The notes under the pieces were generated by a model. The model saw nothing but the letters and a program-made list of their open reading frames with translations. It had not been told where the DNA came from and searched no databases. From Lentisphaeria bacterium UBA4640 (lineage in GTDB: Bacteria > Verrucomicrobiota > Lentisphaeria > Victivallales > UBA1829): DNA of 64,000 bases. Position 1 is the first letter of the stretch. Every line of letters starts with the position of its first letter. Of this stretch, positions 36,167 to 45,908 are shown piece after piece. The DNA lies in the NCBI GenBank assembly GCA_002405835.1, contig DHMO01000002.1, positions 9,531 through 73,530 on the forward strand, read 5' to 3'. The position numbers were made by a program, and so were the translations under genes.

Positions 36167-36559
36167 ATGAGTATGCAGGATCCCATATCTGATATGCTGA
36201 CACGTCTGCGCAACGCAGGAATGTCTTCCCAGAAGGAAGTCGTCATGCCCGCATCCAAGATGAAAGCCGCGATCGCCAAGGTCCTCCTTGACGAAGGCTA
36301 CATCGCCGGATTCCACGTCGATGGCGACGTCAAGAAAACCTTGACAATCGAACTCAAATATTACATGCGTCGTCCGGTTATCGAAGGCTTGGAAAGAGTA
36401 AGCAAGCCCTCCTGCCGTCTCTATTGCGGCAGCAAGGAGATTCCGCGCGTCAAGGACGGACTGGGCATTGCGATCCTTTCCTCCCCGAAGGGCGTCCTCA
36501 GCGGCAAAGATGCACAGAAACAGAATGTCGGCGGAGAAGTTCTCTGCTACGTCTGGTGA
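36167..36559 (+). CDS. rpsH: 30S ribosomal protein S8
   Basis: DPISDMLTRLRNAG.... Confidence 0.95.
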   Translation: MSMQDPISDMLTRLRNAGMSSQKEVVMPASKMKAAIAKVLLDEGYIAGFHVDGDVKKTLTIELKYYMRRPVIEGLERVSKPSCRLYCGSKEIPRVKDGLGIAILSSPKGVLSGKDAQKQNVGGEVLCYVW

Positions 36560-36577
36560 TGAAACGAGGTATTGAAG

Positions 36578-37108
36578 ATGTCTAGAATCGGAAATAAACC
36601 GGTTGAATTCACTCCGGATGTGAAAATCGCTGTCGTCGACGGTGTCGTCAATGTCGAGGGCAAGCTCGGCAAGCTCTCCTTCGCGATTCCCCAGGATATC
36701 GCGGTGGAAGTTGAAGAGAAACTTGTCCATGTGAAGTGCCTCAAGGAGAGCGCCAACGCCCTCCATGGTCTCACCAGAAGCCTCATTCACAACATGGTTG
36801 TCGGCGTTTCCAAAGGTTACAGCAAGGAACTCCAGATCGTCGGCGTCGGTTACAAAGCCGCGCTCGCCGGAAACAAGCTGACCCTCAACCTCGGTTACTC
36901 CCACGCGATCGAGTACATCGTTCCGGAAGGCGTCAAGCTGACCGTGACCGACGGTGTCAAGATCGTTGTTGCAGGACCTGACAAGCAGCTCGTCGGCGAA
37001 GTCGCCGCACGCATCAGACGTTACAAGAAGCCGGAACCCTACAAGGGCAAAGGCGTCCGTTACTCTGACGAGCATGTTGTGATCAAGCCCGGTAAGACCA
37101 ACGCGTAA
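36578..37108 (+). CDS. rplF: 50S ribosomal protein L6
   Basis: MSRIGNKPVEF.... The track ORF starts at an upstream TTG (36572). Confidence 0.9.
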   Translation: MSRIGNKPVEFTPDVKIAVVDGVVNVEGKLGKLSFAIPQDIAVEVEEKLVHVKCLKESANALHGLTRSLIHNMVVGVSKGYSKELQIVGVGYKAALAGNKLTLNLGYSHAIEYIVPEGVKLTVTDGVKIVVAGPDKQLVGEVAARIRRYKKPEPYKGKGVRYSDEHVVIKPGKTNA

Positions 37109-37127
37109 TTGAAAGGGTTTGGATCGA

Positions 37128-37484
37128 ATGAAAACAGCAAAAGAAAAAAGAATCAAACGTCACATCCGCGTTCGCGGTAAAGTCTCCGGCACCGCCGCAA
37201 GACCCCGTCTCTGCGTCAGCATGACGGCGAACAATATGTACGTTCAGTTTATCGATGACGAAGCGGGCAAGACTCTTGCTTCCGCTTCCACGCTCGGTGC
37301 GGACTTCAAGGCTCTCAATCTGAAGCGCAACGTTGAAGCCGCCGCGGCTCTCGGCAAGCTCGCCGGTGAAAAAGCCGTCGCAGCAGGCATCAGCGCAGTG
37401 GTTTTCGATAGAAGCGGTCACAAATATCACGGCAAAGTCAAAGCGCTGGCGGATGCCGCCCGCGAAGCCGGATTAAAGTTCTAA
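37128..37484 (+). CDS. rplR: 50S ribosomal protein L18
   Basis: [21 protein letters not shown]...[26 protein letters not shown]. Confidence 0.9.
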   Translation: MKTAKEKRIKRHIRVRGKVSGTAARPRLCVSMTANNMYVQFIDDEAGKTLASASTLGADFKALNLKRNVEAAAALGKLAGEKAVAAGISAVVFDRSGHKYHGKVKALADAAREAGLKF

Positions 37485-38050
37485 TGGAGTTGAACATGAC
37501 AATCGAAAAACAGAATATCGAACAGGAAGCCAATGTCGAGGAAATCGACCTCTCTTCCGTTCAGCCGGCAGCCGCTCCCGCCGGCGAGATGGAAGAGCTC
37601 GTCCTCAGCATCAACCGCTGCTCCAAGGTTGTGAAAGGCGGCCGCAACTTCTCCTTCGGCGCTCTCGTCGTCGTCGGTGACAGAAACGGCAAAGTCGGCT
37701 ACGGCTACGGCAAAGCCAACGAAGTTTCCGATGCGATCCGCAAGGCGCAGGAAGCTGCCAAGAAGCACCTCGTGACCATCCCGCGTTTCGGAACCACCAT
37801 TCCGCACTCGGTCCTCGTCAAATACAGCGGCTCCAAGATCCTGCTCCGCCCCGCTTCCGCCGGTACCGGTATCATCGCCGGCGGCGCCATGCGCGCGGTC
37901 CTCGATCTCGCGGGTATCGTTGACGTTCTCGGTAAATCCCTCGGCTCCGGCAACCCCGCAAACGTCGTCAAGGCGACCTTCAAGGCCATCGAACAGATGC
38001 GCTCCAAACAGGACGTCCTGCTCAAACGCGGCATTGCCAAAGCTGAATAA
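37484..38050 (+). CDS. rpsE: 30S ribosomal protein S5
   Basis: [36 protein letters not shown]. The start overlaps the rplR stop (TAATG). Confidence 0.95.
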   Translation: MELNMTIEKQNIEQEANVEEIDLSSVQPAAAPAGEMEELVLSINRCSKVVKGGRNFSFGALVVVGDRNGKVGYGYGKANEVSDAIRKAQEAAKKHLVTIPRFGTTIPHSVLVKYSGSKILLRPASAGTGIIAGGAMRAVLDLAGIVDVLGKSLGSGNPANVVKATFKAIEQMRSKQDVLLKRGIAKAE

Positions 38051-38064
38051 GAAGGAGTGTTGAC

Positions 38065-38508
38065 ATGAAATTGCACGAACTTACTCCGACCCCCGGTTCC
38101 AAAAAGCGCCGGCAGAGAGTCGGCAGAGGCGACGGTTCCAACTGGGGCGGAACCGCCGGACGCGGTCACAAGGGACAGAAGTCCCGTACCGGCGCCGCCA
38201 TCCGCCACCACTTTGAAGGCGGTCAGACCCCGACCTTCCGCAGAATCCCGAAACGCGGCTTCAACAGCGGCATCAAGGAAGTCTGCGAGGTCGTCAACGT
38301 CGCGACCCTCCAGGAGCTCTTCGAGGCCGGCGCGGTCGTTGATGAAAACGCCCTCCGCATGGCGGGTATCGTCGGCAAGGCCGATGCTCCCCTGAAGATC
38401 CTCGGAAACGGCGAGATCTCCAAGGCGCTCACCGTCAAGGCAAACAAGTTCTCCGCATCCGCCAAAGCGAAAATCGAGGCGGCAGGCGGAACCTGTGAAG
38501 TCATCTGA
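38065..38508 (+). CDS. rplO: 50S ribosomal protein L15
   Basis: MKLHELTPTPGSKKRRQRVGRGDGS...GRGHKGQKSR. It follows rpsE directly, so there is no rpmD (L30). Confidence 0.95.
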   Translation: MKLHELTPTPGSKKRRQRVGRGDGSNWGGTAGRGHKGQKSRTGAAIRHHFEGGQTPTFRRIPKRGFNSGIKEVCEVVNVATLQELFEAGAVVDENALRMAGIVGKADAPLKILGNGEISKALTVKANKFSASAKAKIEAAGGTCEVI

Positions 38509-38577
38509 GCTCCGCTCGGATAACTTTTCCCGCTTCGTTCTTATTCACGAGGCAATCCGGTTTCCCGGAATCAGCGT

Positions 38578-38602
38578 CCGGTTCTCCCCCGCGGAGAACC
38601 GG
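38578..38602 (+). promoter_or_regulatory. Perfect 10-bp GC-rich hairpin in the unusually long rplO-secY spacer
   Basis: CCGGTTCTCC-CCCGC-GGAGAACCGG, located in a 140-nt gap. Confidence 0.4.
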
Positions 38603-38648
38603 CGCAGTTCAAGAACCGGTTTGACCGTTTTAAAAGGGGACAGCTAAG

Positions 38649-40019
38649 ATGCTTTCCGCGTTCTTAAACGCTTTCAAAATCAAAGAGCTGAGAAACAAGA
38701 TTTTGTTCACAGCCGGCGTGATTGTGCTCTGCCGTATCGCGGCAAACATTCCGTGCCCGGGTGTCGATACGAAAAATCTGAAAACATACTTTGACAGCTT
38801 CGGTGCGGATTCCGCCGCCGGGCAGTTCATGGGTATGTTCGATCTTTTCAGCGGCGGCGCTTTGCAGCAGTTCGCAATCGGAGCGCTCGGTATCATGCCG
38901 TACATCTCCGCATCCATCATCATGCAGCTGCTCGTGCCGGTCGTTCCGTCTCTTGAAAAGCTTTCCCGTGAAGGGGAAGTCGGGCGGGGAAGAATTAATC
39001 AGTATACGCGTTATCTGACCATTTTGATCTGTATCGTTCAGGGTGCAATGGCGGCTGTCGCCATGACCACTCCGAGCAACCTCGGTCTGCCCGCTCCTGA
39101 TCCGGCGTTCCCGCTGGTGACGAATCCGGGCTTCGGTTTCATCGCCATGTCCGTCTGCATCCTCACCGCCGGAACCATGATTCTCGTCTGGCTCGGCGAA
39201 CGCATCACCGAACACGGCATCGGTAACGGTGTTTCCATCATCATCACCATCAACATCATTGAGCGCCTTCCGCAGGCTCTCGCCGGACTGTATGAAATGA
39301 TGATCAGCGGAGCCACTGCCGGAGGCGGACGTTTCCGTCCCGTGCATCTCCTGATCCTCCTCATGCTCTTTGCGGTCGTCACGGCTCTTACCGTGATCCT
39401 CACGCAGGGACAGAGACGCATTCCGATTCAGATGGCGAAGAAGATCATCGGAAGCAAAATGACCGGCGGAAGCACATACATTCCGCTGAAAGTGAACTTC
39501 TCCGGCGTTATGCCGATCATTTTCGCCGGCGCGATCCTGATTTTCCCGGGCGTCCTGCTCCGGGCAATTCCGGTTCAGTCGATACAGAGAATGTCCGCAT
39601 ACTTTAATCATGACACCTACACATACATGGTATGTTATGGAATCCTGATTCTGCTGTTCTCCTATTTCTGGGTTGCCAATATGTTCAACCCGATTCAGGT
39701 GGCGGACAATCTGAAGAAGGAAGGCGCCTACATCCCGGGCATCCGCCCCGGAAAGCCGACTTCCGACTTCCTGGACTATTCCATGACACGCATCACCTTC
39801 GCCGGCGCCCTGTTCCTGCTCGGCCTTGCGATCCTCCCGATGCTGCTCTACAAATGGTTCCGCATTCCGTACAACGTCGCGTCCTTCTTCGGCGGCACAA
39901 GCCTGCTGATTATCGTCGGCGTGACGATCGACACCTTGAGTCAGATGGAGTCGCACCTCGTAATGAAAAATTACGATGGATTCCTCAAGCGCGGAAGGCT
40001 CAGAAGCCGCAAAGGCTGA
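38649..40019 (+). CDS. secY: Preprotein translocase subunit SecY
   Basis: FKIKELRNKILFTAGVIVLCRIAANIPCPGV...GALGIMPYISASIIMQLL. Confidence 0.95.
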   Translation: MLSAFLNAFKIKELRNKILFTAGVIVLCRIAANIPCPGVDTKNLKTYFDSFGADSAAGQFMGMFDLFSGGALQQFAIGALGIMPYISASIIMQLLVPVVPSLEKLSREGEVGRGRINQYTRYLTILICIVQGAMAAVAMTTPSNLGLPAPDPAFPLVTNPGFGFIAMSVCILTAGTMILVWLGERITEHGIGNGVSIIITINIIERLPQALAGLYEMMISGATAGGGRFRPVHLLILLMLFAVVTALTVILTQGQRRIPIQMAKKIIGSKMTGGSTYIPLKVNFSGVMPIIFAGAILIFPGVLLRAIPVQSIQRMSAYFNHDTYTYMVCYGILILLFSYFWVANMFNPIQVADNLKKEGAYIPGIRPGKPTSDFLDYSMTRITFAGALFLLGLAILPMLLYKWFRIPYNVASFFGGTSLLIIVGVTIDTLSQMESHLVMKNYDGFLKRGRLRSRKG

Positions 40020-40037
40020 TTAAACATTCCGCAGAAA

Positions 40038-40064
40038 GGCCGCTCGCAAGAGCGGCTTTTTTTT
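40038..40064 (+). terminator. Rho-independent terminator after secY
   Basis: GCCGCTC-GCAA-GAGCGGC followed by T8. Confidence 0.7.
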
Positions 40065-40084
40065 GGTCTGTTTCCGGATATCCG

Positions 40085-41071
40085 TCATGACGGCTGGATT
40101 TGCCGCGGAGCGGCACAGCTTTTGCGACGGATGAGTATGGAGGAAACCAGCGCATCGGGCGGAGTTGTGTGCTTTTCAACCATAGTCGTGAGCATATCCA
40201 GAGCACTCCGGGCGAGGCCGGCAAAGTTGACGGCAAGCGCGGTCCGCGGCGGATCAAGATACGCAGATACTCCGTCAAATTCCCAGTCAATGACGGATAC
40301 ATCATCCGGAACAGAAATGCGGAGCGCATGCAGTGCGGCGTTAAGCAGCAGTGTGTGCTGGGAATTTACACAGATGAACGCAGTGCATCCGTCATTGACG
40401 GCATTTTTGACGGCGCTGAGCATGGCATCGGGAGAGTTTTTATCGGGGAAAATGCCTTGACTTTCCGGGTTTTCAACGCCATATCCCCGCATAAGCTCAA
40501 GGAAACTTTGCCAGCGGTGCGTGTATTTCCGCTCCTCCGCGGTACGTCCTTCCAAAGAGAGAAAACGGATATCACGGTGTCCGAGTTTCCAGAGGTGGTG
40601 AATTGCAAGGCGCAGGGATGCCGTGCTGTCGGTGTTGCAGGAACAGATGTTGTGCAGGTGGTCGGAACGCCCGTTGATCCAGACGATGGGAAGCGGATAA
40701 TATTGGATCAGCGTCTGCGGCTCCGGGTTGGAAAGAATGAGGAGTCCGCGGATCGGGCGCGGTTCATTTTCCATATCGAATTTTTTCCAGATCGCTTCCA
40801 GGTGAAGCCCGCGTTTTTCGATTTCCTGAAAGAGTGCGGCGAAGAGCTCTGCGTAGTAGCCGTTTGCATTGCGGGCGTGGAAGCCGAGCAGGACGCCGAT
40901 GCTCCATCTCCCTGAAGCGGGGCGCATGTCATAACCGAGTTCCCGTGCTGCGGCGAGCACCTTGCACCGCGTGTCATGTCCAATTCTTGCATCTGAATTC
41001 ATTACACGCGAAACTGTTGATTGCGACACTCCCGCCGCCTTTGCCACATCGCGTCCGTTGACCTGTTTCAT
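40085..41071 (-). CDS. LacI-family transcriptional regulator
   Basis: VNGRDVAKAAGVSQSTVSRVMNSDARIGHDTRCKVLAAARELGY. Confidence 0.9.
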   Translation of the reverse strand: MKQVNGRDVAKAAGVSQSTVSRVMNSDARIGHDTRCKVLAAARELGYDMRPASGRWSIGVLLGFHARNANGYYAELFAALFQEIEKRGLHLEAIWKKFDMENEPRPIRGLLILSNPEPQTLIQYYPLPIVWINGRSDHLHNICSCNTDSTASLRLAIHHLWKLGHRDIRFLSLEGRTAEERKYTHRWQSFLELMRGYGVENPESQGIFPDKNSPDAMLSAVKNAVNDGCTAFICVNSQHTLLLNAALHALRISVPDDVSVIDWEFDGVSAYLDPPRTALAVNFAGLARSALDMLTTMVEKHTTPPDALVSSILIRRKSCAAPRQIQPS

Positions 41072-41226
41072 TTTTTATTTCTCCTTTCCGGAACTATACT
41101 CCCTTAAATCTTTTTTTCAAGAAATATTTGCATATTCTGATTCATAATTATGCATGAAAAACGGCTGTTGCGGTATTGTTTTTTTGAGGTTTTCGATTAT
41201 AATAAATGGAGAGACAAGGAGGCTTT

Positions 41227-41672
41227 ATGGGTTCTGAATTGATTAATACGCAGGATTATGCAAACCTGCTGAAGGACACCCTGCATTGGAAAACGGCGGA
41301 GAAACCATTGAAGAGATGGCGGAATATCTTGCGGGAGATGTCCGCAACTGCCGCGAGTTTGCGGAAGTTTACGGCGGGAATTTCTATTTCGGCGAGTGCG
41401 GCTGCTGTGCAACGGAAACGGCGTCAATGCGTCCGTACTTCTGGAACAACGGCAGAAAGTACGACGGCGAAGAACAGGCGAAGTACCTGGCGGCAGTGAT
41501 CCGCGCGTTCTCGGCGGAGCCGTGGTGGGGCGGGCTGCTCTGGTGGAAGTGGGACGAGTAGAATTACCGTCCGCAGTTCCACGACGATCCCGCCGGCGAC
41601 AAGGGATTCACGATTGACGGGAAGCCCGCCGCGCAGGTGATGAAGCGCTGGTGCGAAGGGGGGAGAAAATGA
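41227..41672 (+). pseudogene. C-terminal relic of a clan GH-A-like glycoside hydrolase, with one frameshift and one in-frame TAG
   Basis: The AAGGAGG RBS and ATG at 41227 give MGSELINTQDYANLLKDTLH. A -1 shift near 41284 leads to LENGGETIEEMAEYL...FYFGECGCC...PWWGGLLWWKWDE. A TAG (41559-41561) follows, and the same frame then continues NYRPQFHDDPAGDKGFTIDGKPAAQV. The N-terminal ~200 aa expected for such enzymes are absent. Confidence 0.65.
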
Positions 41673-41800
41673 GATTGTTGTCATGCTCAATGCTTTTACT
41701 CTCCATCTTTTTGGTGACAGGGGAGGCTCCATCGGATGACTGTTCTTTTGCGGAAAGCCACAGGAGCCCATATAAAATTCAAAAACAAAGAAAGACAGCT

Positions 41801-43120
41801 ATGAAAAAGTTTATTGACGTCAGCCCAGTTGATTCGCGGTATTTTGCGGATGCAGAAGGGAAAACGTATCTCCCGATCGGGTGCAACCTCAGCTTCTTCC
41901 GCGGCTCGGAGGACGTGCCGGAAGAGACAGTGCTGGAAACTTACCGAGCCTGGATGACAAATTTTGCGCAGAACGGCGGAAACTTTATCCGCATCTGGCT
42001 TGGCGTTCCCTTCTTCAATGTCATGCCGGAACGGGTCGGTGAATACGATGAGCATGCAGTTTCGCATATCCGGTATATTGTCGGTTTAGCGGAAAAACTC
42101 GGACTGCGCATTAAATTCACTCTCGAACACTTCCGTTCCATCCGCAAACAGAACGAGGCTGAATCGTTCCCCGGAGTTGTCCGGTTCAACAATCCGGTTT
42201 ATATCGGGATGGCATCGGACATGCATGAGTACATGAATTCGCCGGAGTGCCGGAAAGCGTATCTGGACAAGGCGCGTTTTCTCGCAAAATGCGGATTCGG
42301 TGATTCGCCCGCTGTGATTGCGTGGGAGCTTTGGAATGAAATCAATGCAGCTGCTCCTCTTGAGGATTATGCGCCGTGGAGCGATTATATGATAGCGGAG
42401 CTCAAACAAATTTTCCCGAAACAGATGATCGTTCAGAATCTCGGCAGTTTTTCCGGACGTGACAGCTACCGGAATTACGACCAGCTCGCAACCGTGAAGG
42501 ACAACGCCTGGATGCAGGTTCACCGTTACTTCGATCCCGGAGCAGAACTCGACGTCTGCCGCGGTCCGATGGACATCCTCTGTGCGGATGCTGTCCGGGA
42601 GCTGCTCGACCGTTCGCCCGCGCGTCCCGCGATTCTTGCCGAGTGCGGAGCAGTGGAGAAGAACCATTCGCGTTATTCCGATCAGTATGCAGACGACCGG
42701 GAAGGGCTGCTTTTGCACGACATGATTTTTGCCGCTTTCTTTGCCGGGTCCGCCGGATGCGGGCAGCCGTGGCACTGGGACCACATCTATATTGCCGGAC
42801 ACAATCTCTGGTATCACTTCAAGCGTTTCGCAAAGGCTGTGGAGGGGCTGGACCCTGCGGCGGAACATTTCCGCCCGTTCCGTACAGAGTCGCACCGCAT
42901 GCGGATTTACGGCTTGCGCGGAACGGAAACGGTTCTGCTTTGGCTCCGCACGAAAGACGGCGGCACGGCTGAGAACGAATGTTTCCGGTTCGGCGAGCGC
43001 GGCACGGCGGAAATCTATTTTCCGCTGGAGGACCGCCGGGAGACGTTGAAGGTGGAAGACAATGGGTGGTGTAATCTGCCCGCCGTCAAACGCTCCGCGG
43101 TGATCCGGTTCGTGAGATAA
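41801..43120 (+). CDS. Clan GH-A (GH5-like) TIM-barrel glycoside hydrolase
   Basis: VIAWELWNEINA is the NE acid/base motif. PAILAECGAVE is a candidate nucleophile. The preferred start is the ATG at 41801 (MKKFIDVSPVD). The upstream ATG at 41669 would add a signal-like MRLLSCSMLLLSIFLVTGEA but overlaps the relic's tail. Confidence 0.7.
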   Translation: MKKFIDVSPVDSRYFADAEGKTYLPIGCNLSFFRGSEDVPEETVLETYRAWMTNFAQNGGNFIRIWLGVPFFNVMPERVGEYDEHAVSHIRYIVGLAEKLGLRIKFTLEHFRSIRKQNEAESFPGVVRFNNPVYIGMASDMHEYMNSPECRKAYLDKARFLAKCGFGDSPAVIAWELWNEINAAAPLEDYAPWSDYMIAELKQIFPKQMIVQNLGSFSGRDSYRNYDQLATVKDNAWMQVHRYFDPGAELDVCRGPMDILCADAVRELLDRSPARPAILAECGAVEKNHSRYSDQYADDREGLLLHDMIFAAFFAGSAGCGQPWHWDHIYIAGHNLWYHFKRFAKAVEGLDPAAEHFRPFRTESHRMRIYGLRGTETVLLWLRTKDGGTAENECFRFGERGTAEIYFPLEDRRETLKVEDNGWCNLPAVKRSAVIRFVR

Positions 43121-43122
43121 CG

Positions 43123-44211
43123 TTACAGGTACTTTCCGAAACCTTCGCGGTCGCCGAATTTTGCAAGCAGAGTTTTGATTTTCGGTGCGCTGGAGACAGG
43201 TGCGACGAGGACGGCGTCGGCGGTCTTGATGAGAATCATGTCCTTCAGGTCGATTCCCGCAAGCACGCCGGCGCCTTTTTCCGTGTAGGCGATGCAGTTC
43301 GTGCAGTCGAGAAGGAGGTTGGAGCCGGAGCTGACATTGTCGCGCTCATCAGGTTCCAGGTGATTCCGCAGAGCTGTCCAGTTTCCGATGTCGTCCCAGT
43401 CGAATGAAGCGTCCTTTACGATGATTGCGGAGGCGTGCTCCATGAGCGCGTAGTCAATGGATATTTTACGGATGTTCCGAAATTGTTCGCGGAGTGTTGC
43501 ATCGAATGCATCCGTTTTCCATGCGGCGGCAACGGCTTCCGCAAAGGCGAGCAGATCGGGGGCGTTGCGCTCCATTTCCGCGAGCAGAACGGGGAGGGGG
43601 AAGACGAACATGCCGCTGTTCCACTTGTAGTTGCCTTTGGCGAGAAGTTCCGCAGCGGTTTTCTCATCCGGCTTTTCGAGGAAGCGGGCGACGCGGTGGA
43701 CGCCGTTTTTTGAGTCGATCGCATCGCCGCACTCGATGTAGCCGTAGTCGGGGCTTGGACGCGAGGGGATGATGCCGACTGTCGCAAGAGCGTTGCGCTT
43801 CACCGCATATTCCATGCAGATCTTGAGGTCGCCGAGCATGGCGTTCCGGTTGCAGATGAAGTGATCGGACGGGAGGACGAGTATGACGGGGTCGGCGGTT
43901 TTTGCTTTTGCCTTGACGATTCCCGCCGCGAGTGCGACACATGGCGCCGTGTCGCGTTTGCACGGCTCGCCGATGATGTTTTCGGGCGGGAGCTGAGAGC
44001 AGAGCGTGCGGATCTGCTCCTGGTAGGAGCTGTTGGTGATGATGAAGATGTGGTCATCCGGAATGAATCCGTTGAGACGGAGGACGGTTTGTTCGAGCAG
44101 CGTTTCACTGCCGAATAAGTTGAGAAGCTGTTTGGGTTTGTCTTTTCTGCTTCTCGGCCAGAAGCGCTCGCCGCTTCCGCCGGCCATGATGATGCAAAAA
44201 ACTTCCTGCAT
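43123..44211 (-). CDS. Mannose-1-phosphate guanylyltransferase-like nucleotidyltransferase
   Basis: Internal ATG: MQEVFCIIMAGGSGERFWPRSRKDKPKQLL, a GxGxR nucleotidyltransferase motif. Confidence 0.8.
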   Translation of the reverse strand: MQEVFCIIMAGGSGERFWPRSRKDKPKQLLNLFGSETLLEQTVLRLNGFIPDDHIFIITNSSYQEQIRTLCSQLPPENIIGEPCKRDTAPCVALAAGIVKAKAKTADPVILVLPSDHFICNRNAMLGDLKICMEYAVKRNALATVGIIPSRPSPDYGYIECGDAIDSKNGVHRVARFLEKPDEKTAAELLAKGNYKWNSGMFVFPLPVLLAEMERNAPDLLAFAEAVAAAWKTDAFDATLREQFRNIRKISIDYALMEHASAIIVKDASFDWDDIGNWTALRNHLEPDERDNVSSGSNLLLDCTNCIAYTEKGAGVLAGIDLKDMILIKTADAVLVAPVSSAPKIKTLLAKFGDREGFGKYL

Positions 44212-44342
44212 TTGGTGATTTTCCTGTTTTCGGACGGCTGAATCAGGCGTGCCAGCGAGCCCCTTTTTTGCATGCCTGAAGCAGTCTTTCCGATAACTTA
44301 ACAGCAAAACGGGGAAAAGTCAAGAGCGCAACAGCGTTTCCC

Positions 44343-45065
44343 TTACATTTTCGCATGAACCCAGGCGGGGAACGCATTGTTGCGTCCGTTCAGCACGCCG
44401 CGGGCATGTTCCGGATATGGATAAAAACGGCGGACCAGTGACCAGAAACGGAGCGAATGATTCATCTCCGTCAGGTGGCAGCCCTCATGAATGATTACGT
44501 AGCGCACAATCTCCGGCGGGAAAAAGAGGAGTCCGGCGTTGAGCATGATCTTGCGTTTCGAACTGCATGTTCCCCACGTGCTGCGGGCAAGTCCGATCCC
44601 GAAGCCGGAGGGGGCGAATCCGCATTCCGCACAGACCTGTTCCGCAAACGGGAGAAGCTCGGCTTTCGCTTTGCGTTTCAGCCACTCCCGCAGAGCGGAA
44701 ATGCACGCCGCATCGGTCGAAACATCGCCCGAAACTGTTACAACGTCAGTATCCTGGCGTGCACCCGTCCAGAGGGCTTCCAGGGGCGTGTAGACAACGG
44801 CAAGCGTTTCGCCCGTGAATGTGAGCGCAATGTTTTCCGGACGAGCCGGAAGGGGGACTGGACGCATGGCGCGGAGGGTCTGCTCCAGCCATCCTGTCTG
44901 GGCACGGAGAAAAGCGAGCGCCGATTCGAGCGGAACGAATTGCGGGATGACCAGTTCCGGTCCCGCCTGTGTCACGCGGAGACGGATTCTGCGCGCCCGG
45001 ATGGAGCGGCGGATGGTTACGGTTGCTGTTTTGCCGCCGGGAAGTGTCAGTTCAAATGGATTCAT
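44343..45065 (-). CDS. YgjP-like M48-family zinc metallohydrolase (DUF45)
   Basis: VIIHEGCHLTEMNHSLRFW contains HExxH. Confidence 0.8.
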   Translation of the reverse strand: MNPFELTLPGGKTATVTIRRSIRARRIRLRVTQAGPELVIPQFVPLESALAFLRAQTGWLEQTLRAMRPVPLPARPENIALTFTGETLAVVYTPLEALWTGARQDTDVVTVSGDVSTDAACISALREWLKRKAKAELLPFAEQVCAECGFAPSGFGIGLARSTWGTCSSKRKIMLNAGLLFFPPEIVRYVIIHEGCHLTEMNHSLRFWSLVRRFYPYPEHARGVLNGRNNAFPAWVHAKM

Positions 45066-45125
45066 TGCTGCACAAAAAAGGACAGCCGGAGCTGTCCTTT
45101 TGAAAATATGGATTCGAGAATCCGA

Positions 45126-45908
45126 TCAGCGTCTGTTGAAGAGGGAAGGATATTTCTTCGCCATTTCAACAAGGTTTTCCGGAGTGATGAGAATGTAACG
45201 GGCGGCGAAAGCCTCTTTGAGATCTTTCGGAGCGTTCTTCTCGAAATCTTCCTGTTTCAGATCGGGACGCATGACAACGGCGCCGGCGATGATGCCCTTC
45301 TGGATCTGTTCGCCGAGATAGTTGACGTCGGCATTGATGAGAACGAGCTTCGGACCGTTCTTCTGGGTCCAGACGGAGAGTCTCTGCATCTGGCCGGGGT
45401 CATAGGGGAGGCTGAGAGTCATGACATAAACGTCGGTTCCGGCGTTCTCTTTGAAGAGATCGTTGAAGTACTTGGCGTTCATGTACTCTTCAACCATTCC
45501 GCCGCCGTTCTCGGGAACATCGTAGGGGAGCCCCTTGACGGTGACCGTTGCGCCGGTGATGTACTTCTTGACATAGTCGACGAGTTTGTTCGGCTGCTTG
45601 TCCCAGGAGTTTCCGCCGGAAGCGACGACGATAACGTTTTTGCCCGCGAATTTCTGGGAAACGAGTTCGCCCGCGGCCTGAGCGGATGCTTCACTGAAGC
45701 GGTCGTAGCTTGCGAGGGCTTCTTTCATTTCACGGGAGGGTCCGCCGAAGGAACCGGTGTCAACCATGAATTTGCCCGCGCAGATGACGACGACGATCAG
45801 GCAGAGAATCGCGATAGTCTTGGCGTTCGGGTTGGTTTTCTGTTTCTTTGCGCATACAATCATTCCGATGAATGCGACGATCATGATAGCGATTGTTACA
45901 ATTTCCAT
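45126..45908 (-). CDS. Membrane-anchored protein of unknown function (two N-terminal TM helices plus a Rossmann-like extracytoplasmic domain)
   Basis: MEIVTIAIMIVAFIGMIVC...AILCLIVVVICAG. I recognise no motif. Confidence 0.55.
   Translation of the reverse strand: MEIVTIAIMIVAFIGMIVCAKKQKTNPNAKTIAILCLIVVVICAGKFMVDTGSFGGPSREMKEALASYDRFSEASAQAAGELVSQKFAGKNVIVVASGGNSWDKQPNKLVDYVKKYITGATVTVKGLPYDVPENGGGMVEEYMNAKYFNDLFKENAGTDVYVMTLSLPYDPGQMQRLSVWTQKNGPKLVLINADVNYLGEQIQKGIIAGAVVMRPDLKQEDFEKNAPKDLKEAFAARYILITPENLVEMAKKYPSLFNRR

Noticed and set aside
36131-37156. 341-aa minus-strand ORF; also 62305-63405 (366 aa)
   Set aside because: They are antisense to rpsH/rplF/rplR and to mfd respectively.
38664-39956. 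430-aa minus-strand ORF
   Set aside because: It is antisense to secY, which is unambiguous. The composition is low-complexity (D/E/R/G-rich).
41559-41561. In-frame TAG as programmed read-through or recoding
   Set aside because: The same relic also has a frameshift and lacks its N-terminal half, and all other genes in the window use TAG, TAA and TGA as ordinary stops. Pseudogenisation is the simpler explanation.
41651-41800. Upstream extension of the GH-A gene that adds a signal-like peptide (MRLLSCSMLLLSIFLVTGEA)
   Set aside because: It is not fully rejected. However, the extension overlaps the relic's 3' end, is lower in GC and adds an odd 30-aa linker. The ATG at 41801 (MKKFIDV) is the more conservative call.
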